The notes below the pieces were generated by a model. The model had not been told where the DNA came from. It was given only the letters and a program-made list of their open reading frames with translations, and ran no database searches. DNA of 64,000 nucleotides, from assembly GCF_001194135.2 (NCBI RefSeq), contig NC_069000.1, positions 569,657 to 633,656 of the forward strand, written 5' to 3'. Numbering within the stretch: the stretch's first letter is position 1; every line of letters starts with the position of its first letter. Of the stretch, positions 22,206-33,846 are shown piece after piece. The stretch is from Octopus bimaculoides. Its lineage: Eukaryota. Both the position numbers and the translations under genes were made by a program.

Positions 22206-22835
22206 AATGATAATAATAATGATAATAATGGAGCAAAGATAATTCACAAACATAACATGGCAGTCTCGGTTTAGGATGTGTCGTATAGCCAACTGGAGAC
22301 GATGTCTCCTGGGGGCTAAATTACAGCAACATTCGTCCTAAACCAGGACTGTTATGTTATGTTGGCAAACAATCTTTACTCCAAAGTTCTGTTGCTGAAT
22401 ATCTCTTGTTGTGAGATTTGCAAATGGTAATTTTATGATAATAATGGTTTTACAGCAATTTCGGGGGATGTAAGACAAAGGTGACCTCAGCAGAATATTA
22501 TTAATAATCTCAATAAATATAATGATTTCTTTTACCAAAGCAATATTTGACTGTTCTAGTTTTTGATAGATGCATGGTGGGAGCACTGTAAATTGAATCA
22601 ACTCCAACAGATTACCGGTACTTGTTATACTGACTTTGGAGAAATGGAAACAGAATTTGAACAGAAAAAAAAATGGAAGAGGAGAGAAAAGTCAATATTG
22701 TTCATAGCAATGTCTGTGATGTAGCTAACTAAAACTCTTGAAGGTTCTATACTCCAGCATGACCACAGTCCATTGTGTGTGTGTGTGTGTTTACAATTAT
22801 CTGTTTCGAAAGATCTTAACACTGTTTACTTGCAG

Positions 22836-22970
22836 GTGCTGCTGTTGGAAGGGAACAAGCAGTTAGGGGGCTGGCTGAACACAACTCAACATTCGGATGG
22901 TGCTACATGGGACCACGGTCCTCAAAGTATTCGGGCAACAGGCAAAACAGCTTACAACACACTGACCCTT
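22836..22970 (+). CDS. PPOX: PPOX coding exon 2
   Basis: VLLLEGNKQLGGWLNTTQHSDGATWDHGPQSIRATGKTAYNTLTL. tgcag| acceptor and |gtgagt donor; 135 nt, phase 0-0. Confidence 0.95.
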
Positions 22971-23432
22971 GTGAGTAGCTTTCTGGTCAACCAGTTTGTC
23001 CATTATGCTGTATCATCATCATTTGATTTATACTCTATAAACTGACATGTTGATAACTGGATTGGTGGGGGGGGGGGGGGGGTGGATAAAGAGGTAAATG
23101 GGTGCAAAGTTTATTATAGCTAAAGAATCTGAGGAATTGGCATAATCTACATTAAACCCTTTTATTATCAAATATTTCTGTTGAGATCCACTTGTTGATT
23201 AATTTTGAAAATAAGGAAGAATTTAGTAAAATAATCTTGTCATTATTAAGTTATTTCGCTGGTGTTTGGAACATGAATTTACATGAAATTTAATGGAAGA
23301 TATCTAGCGCCCCCCCCCCCAACTTGGATGAAATTGCATCGTGAGGAAGGTGGATGGGAGGTGTGAAATTACTTTGTTAAAACTGCTCTTGCTTTTTGCG
23401 TATGTCTATGTTAATAACTGTCAATTTTACAG

Positions 23433-23541
23433 ATGCACGAGCTTGGTTTAGAGAATGACATCCTTCCAGTGAATGCTTCCCATCCTGGAGCTGCTAATCG
23501 ATTCATTTACTACAACAACCAAGTAAATGCACTTCCAAACA
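23433..23541 (+). CDS. PPOX: PPOX coding exon 3
   Basis: MHELGLENDILPVNASHPGAANRFIYYNNQVNALPN. tacag| and |gtaagc; 109 nt, phase 0-1. Confidence 0.93.
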
Positions 23542-23731
23542 GTAAGCTTCTATCGTTCTGTTTAACACTATTATACATTAGTGATTCCCTCAAGGGGTTG
23601 ATAGTTTATAACTTTTAAGTAAATCTTTCTTTAAATAGTGTGACTGTATCAAGTACATTTTGCAAAAACTTGAAGATATATATCTGTAAACATATATGTA
23701 TATCTGTATACACAGTATTATCTACTTGTAG

Positions 23732-23874
23732 GTTTATTGGGAATTCTTAAAAAGCCCCCTTTTCTGTCTCATTCCTTACTTTGGAGCATTCTGAAGGATC
23801 TGACCACCAAACGTGCATCACCTGAGGCAGAAGAGACAATATATGACTTTATCAACAGGCGCTTTGGGAGTGAG
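23732..23874 (+). CDS. PPOX: PPOX coding exon 4
   Basis: (S)LLGILKKPPFLSHSLLWSILKDLTTKRASPEAEETIYDFINRRFGSE. tgtag| and |gtttgt; 143 nt, phase 1-0. Confidence 0.93.
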
Positions 23875-24333
23875 GTTTGTTACCTTTATATATATCTATG
23901 TATGTGGGGAGAGAGAGAGGAATATTTGGTACTTTTATGGTTTATATATAAGTATTTTAAAGTTAAAACTTTATGCCAGTGATAATGGATTCAGTCTACT
24001 GCTTGAGAATGGCAAGCATCTTTCTGACAGGCTTCATACAGTTTCCATCTATCAAATTTCATTTGTAAGACTTTGATCCACAGAAAGCTATGACAGAAGA
24101 TACTTGCTCAAAGTACCACATAGTAAGATTGAACCTGGAACCCTGTTGTTTGCCAGATGAAATTCTTAATGATGCTCTGTTCTCATCTGATCCATTTATT
24201 ATTCTGTTCCAAATTAGAGTTTCCCAGATATTTTAGTATTTCTTTAAATATCTTTGGTGACTCCTACCTTGCCCAGCCATAGCTAAAATCTTTTAACAGT
24301 CAATCAATAAATTACACTTTGATCTTTGGACAG

Positions 24334-24472
24334 GTTGCTGATGTTTTGATAAATTCAATGTGTCGTGGTATATTTGCTGGAGACATCCGTCACTTGAGTC
24401 TGCAAGCATGTTTCCCTTATCTTCACGACTTGGAGAAACAATATAGATCTCTGGTAATTGGCACTTTTAGAG
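24334..24472 (+). CDS. PPOX: PPOX coding exon 5
   Basis: VADVLINSMCRGIFAGDIRHLSLQACFPYLHDLEKQYRSLVIGTFR. 139 nt, phase 0-1; contains the CRGxFAG motif. Confidence 0.95.
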
Positions 24473-24731
24473 GTAAAAAACCATTTTTTTAATCTTTTTT
24501 TTTTCTCTTCCTTTGACATAATTTTGTCTTTATTGTGATGTAAGGGAGGGCAAGTTCCCTTGTTGGTCTCCCTGAGATACAATGTAATGTTTTTGAGATT
24601 TTGTGAAGTGTTGAATAATGAGATTGCTTTGTGGAATAGAAATTGTACCATACAATTCTATATTTAAGAGATGAGGAATTATGTACATTATTTACATTTG
24701 ACAGATATTTGTCTTGGGGAAATTTCTCCAA

Positions 24732-24777
24732 GACACCTGATGAAGGCTGGAGGGTATATCAACGGAAACGTTGTGTT
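24732..24777 (+). ncRNA. Minimal type I hammerhead ribozyme motif (Penelope-type), stem II degenerate
   Basis: gacac CTGATGA aggctggagggtatatcaacg GAAAC GTT gtgtt. Both core boxes are present, stem I pairs gacac/gtgtt, and the candidate cleavage triplet is GUU. Confidence 0.6.
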
Positions 24778-25298
24778 AACAACAAACAAGATGAGGACAA
24801 ATATCTGTCCACAATATTTGAATTATTCAAAATGTCACAAACCTGTTTTTGTGCTTTAATGGTCCTGGTGCAGATCCTCACTTCTCTCCTTCAATTCCAG
24901 ACTTTACTTGAGATGCAACAACACAGCATCCATCTTAAACTTAAGTCAGACCTTAATTTGTTCAAGAAATATCAACTGCATTTATCTTACCTGTCTTGGA
25001 GGCTCTGTGAAGGCCATGGACACAGTTGCTACCTCTGCACCAAACCATGAAAATTAAAGAAAAAATATGAACAAAAGTCTTTTTGTATATCTGTAACTAG
25101 ATTGTTGAATGTATCATGTCCTTATTTTAAGAATGAAAGGTGTGGTTTGAAGAAGATTTGGCTGCTGTTTCTAGCTGGGTGAATGACCATATACAGGCTC
25201 TCATCATTGGTTCGCCTTTTCTATTGCTATTGTTGGAATAATCATTCAAAAAAAATGGCATTATAATTGTTTGTTCTTGTTTTTTTTTTTTTAATTAG

Positions 25299-25492
25299 AT
25301 AAGGAAGAAGTTGACGATAGCTGCCCTTTAATTAAGAAGGCTCGGGCAGAAAATTGGCGTTTGTACTCCTTGAAGAATGGTTTGCAGCAGCTTGTGGAAA
25401 CTATGGGAAAAGTTGTGTCCAATGACCCAAAATGTGAGGTGAAGACAAATAACCCTGCTACCAAAATAATTCTGGCATCAGGTAAAGCAAAG
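25299..25492 (+). CDS. PPOX: PPOX coding exon 6
   Basis: (D)KEEVDDSCPLIKKARAENWRLYSLKNGLQQLVETMGKVVSNDPKCEVKTNNPATKIILASGKAK. 194 nt, phase 1-0, |gtgagt. Confidence 0.93.
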
Positions 25493-25612
25493 GTGAGTTA
25501 CATCCAGATTTTGTAGAATTCATTAAAAGATATTACTAGGGGTCAATGCAATCAGCTTTCCCCTCCCCCAAAATTGCTAGTCTTGTGCTGCCAAAATTTG
25601 AAATTATCATCA

Positions 25613-25649
<37 letters not shown>

Positions 25650-26173
25650 GTAGCAAGCTGGCAGAATTGTTAGACAAAATATTTCGTGGCATTTTTTCTG
25701 GTACTCCATGTTCTGGGGTCAACTTTGCTTTTTATTCTTTTGAGGTTGATCAAATGAAATGCCGTTCACTTCCCTAGGCTTGCTTGCCTCCCCACCCTGC
25801 TAAAAATGCCCAGCCCTTGTGCCTGTAGTAGAAAGGATTTTTATTTTTTTAGTAGTTTCCTGTGAATTCCTGCTGCACTCCATCTTTGTGATGTGTTGAG
25901 CAACATTCTCTACTGGAAAATGTACAACTGTGTTTATAAGTATTACATCCGATTGTTTAACCCCAGGTCCAACAGACTTATGATTAAACGTGTTCTTTAG
26001 TCAAACATGAAACACCCGCAATCGATACTCAACTTACAAGTTGTGATAACAATGGCTTGTTTTTTTTTTCTGCCTTTAATTGTCTGCTATGACCCCGCAC
26101 CCCCAATGCGTGGCCATGTGGCAACGTTGAAACTTAATAATTATTCATTAATTAATCATTTTGTTTACCCCAG

Positions 26174-26234
26174 GTTCACACCAAGGAAGAGTCATTTGAA
26201 GCTGATCATGTCTTCTCTGCCCTTTTTGCTGGAG
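26174..26234 (+). CDS. PPOX: PPOX coding exon 7
   Basis: VHTKEESFEADHVFSALFAG. cccag| and |gtaggg; 61 nt, phase 0-1. Confidence 0.92.
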
Positions 26235-27828
26235 GTAGGGATTTCTAAAAGTTATTTCTCTCTTTCTCCTCTATCAACGTCCCCTTCTGTTTTCATGAGT
26301 GGGGGGTCACAAAAGATTAGCCACTGTTGATTGCATTGGCCAATCCACTCTCACTATTCACTCCTATTTGTCTGGGTCAGCAACTTCATTACATTTGACA
26401 TTAAAGTTTATAACAAGCAAGCGAAACCTTCGGCGATATGCCATGCTTTAGGAGACCTGTCAAGCCAAATGCCAGTGTTCCATAACTGGCACCTGTGTTG
26501 GTGGCATGTAAAGAGCACCCAGTCCACACTCTGTAAAGTGGTTGGCATTCAACTGTAGAAACCATGCCAGGTCAGACTGGAGCCTGGTGCAGCTCACCAG
26601 TTTTCAGGTGAACAGTCCAACCCATGCCAGCATGGAAAGTGGACATTAAATGACAATGAAGCATGGTTTCAGGTTCAGTCCTACTGTGTGACACGTTGGG
26701 CAAGTGTCTCCTACTTTAGTCCCAGTCAGATCAATACCAAGGGAGAAAACCTGGTAGATGGAAACTGAAAGAAGTCAGCCATGTGTGAGAATGTTGACAA
26801 TCTGCAATAATGTTACCGATTGTGACGGGGCTACAACTGGTGACCTTACTTGACACTTCCTGCCAACACATCTCCCACCAGTTCTGCTTTCTAATTCCTC
26901 TGGATTTGAAATTCCCTCACTTGAAAGGTTAGGGTTGGTGACAGGAAGAGCATCCAGCCATAAACATTCTGCCTCAAGTACCTCCTAGTCTAACTCTTAC
27001 TTGCATGGAGAAACAGACATTAAACAAACATCCAATCAGATCTGGATTGACTTGGGAAATGGGTCTCTTGTAAAGCTTCTCCATCATGATGAGGGTCTGT
27101 AGTTTTATTTTGGAGATACAAAAGACTGGCCAGTGGTGTATTTCTATTAGATTCATACAGGATCCACAATCAGTAAAGTCAGTAGAGCATTGTATAGAGT
27201 GTCTTGTGCTATTTGTTCCACTTCTCTGTGCTCTGAGTTCAAATCCTGCCAAAGGCAACTTTGCCGCTTGTCCTTCTGGGGTTCATAAATAAAATAGTGG
27301 TCAAGTACTGTGAATGATTTTCTCTCTGCCAACTGATTGCATTGTGTTGCATGAAGGGTCTTAGGAGGCCAATCACAGAAATCACCCTTTTCACCAGAAA
27401 TGGAGAAAGTGTTAAACGAAGGGTTAGTCACCTCTCGTCATAGAAACACTGACATGGTCCTGGAACCATTCAAAGACAAACTGATGTACAATAAAAAAGG
27501 GAAAACTGTTCAAATAGGTGTTAGCTTTCTTCAATAGTAATTCTGCCGTCTGTATAGCATTAATTATTTTTTTATGATTTAATTAAGAGAAGGCCAATAG
27601 CCTCTGAGTTTAGTTGGGGCTAGGACCTCAGAAATTGGTGAGAAGAGGGGAAAGAAGATATTCTCAGACCATAGAACTAGAGGAATGAATGCAACAAAAG
27701 TTGACTCAACTAAAAAGACCCAAAGTGCTTGGCAGTTGTCTTAAATGAGGCAAACGGTTACAGATCATCCGATGAACTTTTGCACATTTCCTGTCTACTT
27801 AGTTTGCCTCATCCATTTTACTTTTCAG

Positions 27829-27947
27829 ATTTAAAAGGTTTGCTCAGTGAAGACCCGAAACCCCTTTGCCAAAACCTGGGCCTCATTCCAGCTGTTAATG
27901 TTGTTGTTGTCAATCTAGAGTTTGAGGATAATGTCTCCACTTTGAAG
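27829..27947 (+). CDS. PPOX: PPOX coding exon 8
   Basis: (D)LKGLLSEDPKPLCQNLGLIPAVNVVVVNLEFEDNVSTLK. 119 nt, phase 1-0. Confidence 0.93.
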
Positions 27948-28424
27948 GTAACAATTTGTTTCTCTCTTAAAATCTATTGCTTCAAAACTAAACAGAACAT
28001 TCTGATTTATGATTCAGTAAACACCTGAAAGAGGGCCACAAATCACCAAGTCAGACTGGTAGCAGATTCCAAGCAGTTTTGTATTATTTGGGTGTAGAAC
28101 TGGGAGTTAAACAAGAACAACTTGAAAAAAGATATGGCAAAATAAGGTTTCTCTGTGGTCTGAAAATATGCTAGAATTAGCAGCCAACAACTTGTCAGGT
28201 TATATTGTCTTGGGTTCCCTGAACATTAGGAAAAGACTGGATAGTCATGGCTGGAATACTTCTGTTCAACCAAGGCTGACCAAGGACTAAATAACAACAA
28301 AAGCTAAAAATACTTCACTATGACTGTATACTTCTTGTATATTCTTCAAATTCAATATTCATCATCTGCCAAAATTGGCCCTTGGGGGCCTCATTAATCT
28401 TCCTTTCTTTGATATCTTTGACAG

Positions 28425-28538
28425 GGATTTGGACATTTGTTACCATCAAAAGAGAGCCGACATTTCTTGGGCATCATCTATAACTCGTGTGTGTTTCCGG
28501 CTCATGACCGATTAGATTCACCTTCGACAAGGTTTACT
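28425..28538 (+). CDS. PPOX: PPOX coding exon 9
   Basis: GFGHLLPSKESRHFLGIIYNSCVFPAHDRLDSPSTRFT with the GFGHL substrate-pocket motif. 114 nt, |gtaagt. Confidence 0.95.
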
Positions 28539-29137
28539 GTAAGTTTTCTAGTTTTAATATATTTTCTTTCGTTACTTTTTTGAAACATTTTTCTGGAATA
28601 TTTCCAGAAAAATCAATGGAATCAGTAAAAAAGTTGGACAAAATGCTGGGCAATATTTAGTTAAGTCCTGGTTTTGAATTTTATTCCCTCTAGGGTCAGT
28701 TAGAGCCAGCATGGAATTGGGGGTCTCTCTTATTCAGTTGCATCTTCCTCTCCCTCAAAACAAGGTGGTTAAAAAGGAGAACCAATAGTTTCAAAACATT
28801 TGTGTCTAGGAGAGCATAAAATAATATTGAAGTAGAGCAAGAGAGAAGTGTATAGTGAATAATATATTTTAAGGTAAAGAGACCCCCCCCCCATACTATA
28901 ATTTAGTATTGCAGTGTAGTAGAAAGAGAGAGAGAAAATGTTGTTGTGCAATATTGTTATTGCGTAATAGATATTCTGGTATGATGTAAAGGAGTATTGC
29001 AGTGTATAAAAGCACGTGTGTGTGTATGTGAGAGAGAGAGAGAAGTGAATTATGTAATAAACCCTTTTGTCTTCAATCATTTTGTTATTCTTCGTTTTTC
29101 TTTGCCTATTTTTAATTGCATTCATTCTATTTGCCAG

Positions 29138-29287
29138 GTTATGATGGGGGGCAGTTGGTTTGATCGTTTGACAGAGATTTGTCCATCAATGTCTGAAAGT
29201 TCTTTAACGAATCTGGCTGTTGAAACACTGAGAAAACAGTTGAAAATATCTGCCAAACTCAGCAGATCACATGTCTTCATCCATAAG
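29138..29287 (+). CDS. PPOX: PPOX coding exon 10
   Basis: VMMGGSWFDRLTEICPSMSESSLTNLAVETLRKQLKISAKLSRSHVFIHK. 150 nt, |gtaagt. Confidence 0.95.
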
Positions 29288-29923
29288 GTAAGTGAAACAT
29301 AATTATGGGTTCTGATGCAAAAACTTGAAATTTCTCATGAAATGCTTGTTGTTGACTGACGTAAACCTTGAAACTTTTTTCTTAACTTAATTCTGGAAAA
29401 CTACCATTCTTGGAGACCCTAAACTAATTGATTGGGGTAGGTGTTGATCTTCTGATTCTAAGAAAAAAAATGAAACTTGTTGGACAGCATATTAGGCCTC
29501 TGTACCTATTTACTTTTTTTAAGCATCATCATTGTTTTAAGGTCCACTTTTCCAAAGTCAGATGAAGTTCATTGAGATAATTTCCATGACTGGATGCTCT
29601 TCCTGTTACCAACCCTTACTTGTTTCCTGCCCTAACCTTGCCTTGTAAGGGAAATTTGGTGGATGGAAACTGTACGGAACCCTATCGTGTGTGTGTGTGT
29701 ATCAGCAAGGCATAGCCAAACAGAAAGTCAATCTTCCTTTACTTCTAGGTGGACTAAGCCATTTTGTCACTTATTCGATTCTGTATATTATACTAGTATC
29801 CTTGAAGCTGGTGTCCTAGCATGGCTGTAACTAGCAAAAGAAAAAAAAAGCAACAACAAATTTGTTTGTTTCTATGGCAACATTGTTTCAATAAATAGAT
29901 TCTGTGAATTTGTTTCTTTTCAG

Positions 29924-30097
29924 AATTGTATTCCCCATTACACAGTTGGCTACACAAGTCGCCTGAATGAGATGAAAGCCTACATTGCTGATCACCAGCT
30001 TCCTCTCAGTCTTATCGGATCATCATTCGAAGGACCTGGTATCAATGATTGTATATACAATGCTAAAATGTCAGTCCTAGCTCATGCCACGCCCTAA
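29924..30097 (+). CDS. PPOX: PPOX coding exon 11 (terminal, includes stop)
   Basis: NCIPHYTVGYTSRLNEMKAYIADHQLPLSLIGSSFEGPGINDCIYNAKMSVLAHATP*. The spliced total of 1422 nt is one uninterrupted 473-aa frame. Confidence 0.95.
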   Translation, partial: NCIPHYTVGYTSRLNEMKAYIADHQLPLSLIGSSFEGPGINDCIYNAKMSVLAHATP

Positions 30098-30930
30098 ATC
30101 CGTGAATCTATCAACAAAGAAGACTGTGATATTCTCAAAGTGTGACTCAGGAAACGGTCAAAGAGGATTCGATCTTAGTAAGTCAGAAACTCACTACTGA
30201 ACAGCAGAGAAATATAATCTTAGCAAGATTCTAATAATACTTTCTGTATATCACCACCTGTTTTACAGACGGGTTCACATGTTAATCAATATCATTGGCA
30301 TACTCCCACCATGACCACCACTACTACTACACTAGTACAAGCTGAGAGGGACTGTTTTCATTGAAGCAGTTTATTTTTTTACATTTGGATACCTTCTTTC
30401 ATTGAACTATAAAATAGAATGTTGAACTTGTTTGTCAGCCAGGTAAACTGGAGTACACCAAATATTTGGACCAATGGCATATGATAGCATGAGGTTATGT
30501 GGTTTCTAAACTGATGACCTTATTAACTTCAGTTGCTGGGTCTCAAATATTCTCAAATGATTTTCTAACATAAATCTGAGAAATTTTCTCTTTCTACCCA
30601 TCTCAGTTACAGGTGCATTCCCTCACCTAGGTTTGGGAGATGCTTTACTGTGCAGCTTTCTTTAAGTTCTAAAAGCTCTGCCAGACAGAACCAGCTAACA
30701 TTCTTAATTCTGTGATAGACTTTATAAACGATTGTCACAAGATGTGTGTGTGTGTATAATGTAAGTATATATATGTAATATATATATATATGTGTGTGTA
30801 TGTGTTTATTGCAGGAGGCAGAATTGATAATGTTTATGAAAAATATGTAAAAATTTTTTTCTTTGTTTTACAACTTTGCAACTGGACTGCAAATATTCAA
30901 TGTCAATTGTGTTCTTTTAAATTTTGCAGT

Positions 30931-31015
30931 AATAAAGGGCACTTCATTATATTTCCTGTATTGTGTATATAGGGCCCAACATTAATAAGGATTTTTTAGA
31001 GGATGGAATAATAAA
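30931..31015 (+). terminator. Candidate PPOX polyadenylation signals
   Basis: AATAAA at 30931-30936 and 31010-31015, within a U-rich 3' region. Confidence 0.4.
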
Positions 31016-32099
31016 CATGTTCAATATTATACACACATGCATTTGCACACACATACATATAACTATTGTTATTGAAGAAAATTGATTAAAACAGACCAAA
31101 AACAAATAGAAGATGATATTGATTTGCTATTTCTAAACTGGATGTGTTTTCATTCAACTGTGAACAAAAATATCACAGTTGGTTGGTTGGGATTTCCATT
31201 CTGAAAGTCTGTCATTCTATGCTTCATTATGAAAATGCTCAGGGAATGAGAGTTGTGTGTGTTTCTGTAGGTCTTTCCTTTTTTTTAAAATTTTAGTATT
31301 CCACTTGATACAGTTTCAGAGTAAATTTTCCAATCAAACCCATGCTTCTATACAGATACAACCAATGGCTTTTGTCTGTTTAACCATAGGCCTACCTCAT
31401 GATCAACACTGCTCCAACTGACATCAACTAATCATTTTTTTGCCTTTCTAGACAAAACATTTTTTTTTCAAAACCGTGGGACATGATTTGAGAAGAAGGT
31501 TACTACTATTTCTAGCAGTGGATTGGTAAAAGTATAAGAACATCAGACTGGACACCTTGCGGTATTTGTTCTGAGCTTAAATCCCCTCTTAGTCTACTTG
31601 GGTGATATATTTAATGTATAGTCCACTGGCATCTCATGTGCCCTTGGTAGAGTCCATTCTGTTGGAAGGGTTCAGGTCACATCACAGGTTTGAGGCTAGT
31701 TTCTTACCTCCCACCCATCTCAGAGGTCCTTTAAAGGGTCTCAGGCACTGCTACCCCTCCTTAGCATATCTTTGCAATATTAGATTAAGGCAGCCCACTG
31801 CTGTAAGACTCGTTAGCATTCCCAGGTAAAATGCTGGGCTTTATGCTCTGGGTTCAAATTCGGACAAGGCCGACTTTACCTTTCATCCCTTTCAGGGTCA
31901 ATAAAATAATAGTTGAACTCGGGGCCGGGGTAAATTGACTTACCTCTCTTCCCTTGGCCCCATGCCGAAATTTGGAACCAATATTATATTAATATATCAA
32001 GTGAGACAAATAAACAATGAAGTAATACTTCTGGGCCCATTTTGTCCAATGAATAGTCATCAGTTAATCAAAATCGTTTAATTTGCACTATTTTGGTGG

Positions 32100-32305
32100 C
32101 CATTGCCAGTCCCACCTGACTGGCCCTCGTGTCAGTGTTACGTAAAAGCACCCACTACACTCTCGGAGTGGTTGGCGTTAGGAAGGGCATCCAGCTGTAG
32201 AAACTCTGCCAGATTGGAGCCTGGTGCGGCTATCTGGCTCGCCAGCCCTCAGTCAAACCGTCCAACCCATGTCCGCATAGAAAGCGGACGTTAAACGATG
32301 ATGAT
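32100..32305 (+). mobile_element. RTE-type 3'-end fragment with GAT tail
   Basis: gactggccctcgtgtcagtgttacgtaaaagcaccc ... aaagcggacgttaaacgatgatgatg, the same family as the 12870-13235 segment. Confidence 0.85.
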
Positions 32306-32334
32306 GTTATATTTATTAATAATATAAAGTATAT

Positions 32335-32800
32335 ATTAAGTTATTGTGTGAAAGTATGTGTGAAATACATCCGTTACAGCAGTTCCCTATGTACAATGTT
32401 TCTAGTGAAGGTGATTCCCCTTCTGCGACCATGAGTGGATTCGTTTTGAGGTGTCACTTTCACCCTCACACCGTTCATTGCCCTTGCTCTTGAAAAGGCG
32501 ACGTAAAGCTGTCCACGAGTGAAGGTTGGCTGTGGCAAGTGTATGCCAACTCTAGCGAATGTTTGCCCTTGCGCTTTATTGATCGTCAATAATGAAGACT
32601 TTTACTCACCTAAGAATGTTTCCTTGATCAGAATTTGGTGGAACATTGCACACACTTGTTTCACTCAAAGGAACTGGAAGCTTGAATATACTGTGAAGAG
32701 TTTTAGCACCTTTCAAGAGTGTTGCAGCAATGCCAGTCCAGAAGCCAAGAGAAATAACTCGAGTGTGACAAACACTGACGGTACAAGCACATTAATATGT
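32335..32800 (-). mobile_element. Internally deleted Helitron Pif1-like helicase remnant
   Basis: 32609-32770(-) reads RVISLGFWTGIAATLLKGAKTLHSIFKLPVPLSETSVCNV (motif Ia region). 32374-32589(-) reads TINKAQGQT...FTRGQLYVAFSR...NIVHRELL* (motifs V/VI and a typical Helitron C-terminus). Confidence 0.88.
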
Positions 32801-33812
32801 AGATGAGGAGTTATTTTCCTTTGCAATATCATATGAACCTCAGTAGATGACTGCTACTTTATTTTATTGACCCTTTATTTTATTTACAGACACATACAGA
32901 TTTGAATACACACACACACACACACGTGTCTGATATAGAGACAGACTTCTGAATATATGTGCTCACACGGCAAACTGCATTCTGTCACAAAAAAGAACAA
33001 AACATCATTGAAATGAAAGTGTGTCCTCACACACCAAGCCTTAATACTTCCCTGGGTGAACTCTACAGCCAAAAACCTTGAAGCAACCTTGTAGAAAATA
33101 CATGTATATCATCATCATTGCTCTAATGTCCACTCTCCCATGCATGGGAGAGTGGACAGAATTTATTGAAGTAGATTTTCTGCAGCCAGATGCTCTTCTG
33201 GTCACCAACCCTCGTTTCCAAACATGTTTTCACAGAAGATTGGAAACAAATGACCCTGCTTGTATGATAGGGACACTTGTTGACAAGTATCATATGTCAA
33301 GGACGGGGGGGGGGGAGGACACACAATGTGATACTACCTGGATGATGATGCCTTTCTCTTATTTCCTATTATAACAGATTATTGAAGCACAAATAAAATT
33401 TTGAGAAGTATAAGTTGTTTGTCCCCTTGGGTTTTGTAGTCATGCAAGCTGCAGACAGCACTCACTAGTGCCCATATCATGAAATGGGCACCTTGTTCAC
33501 GGTGTAAAATGGTTGGCTGTAGGAAGGACATCCAGCCATAAAAACCAAGCCAAGGCTGAGATTAGAGTTTGACAGCTCTTTGGACCCTATCAAGCCATTC
33601 GACTTATGCCAGCCTGGAAAACAGATGATGGTGATAAATATACCATTGGACCTGTGTCATATAATGCAATAAAATAGTGTTCTTTTGATGAACTGTTGTG
33701 ATTCAGAATCCAGTTACATTTGGAACATCCATTGCAAATAACCACAATGGTGAAACATATGTAGGGAACAAAAATGATACAAACATCTTCTGGTGTTTAT
33801 CATACCTTTTCT

Positions 33813-33846
<34 letters not shown>

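Noticed and set aside
31105-31205. Possible C/D snoRNA (aagatga...ctga)
   Set aside because: The C box is mismatched, there is no terminal stem, and it is not clearly intronic.
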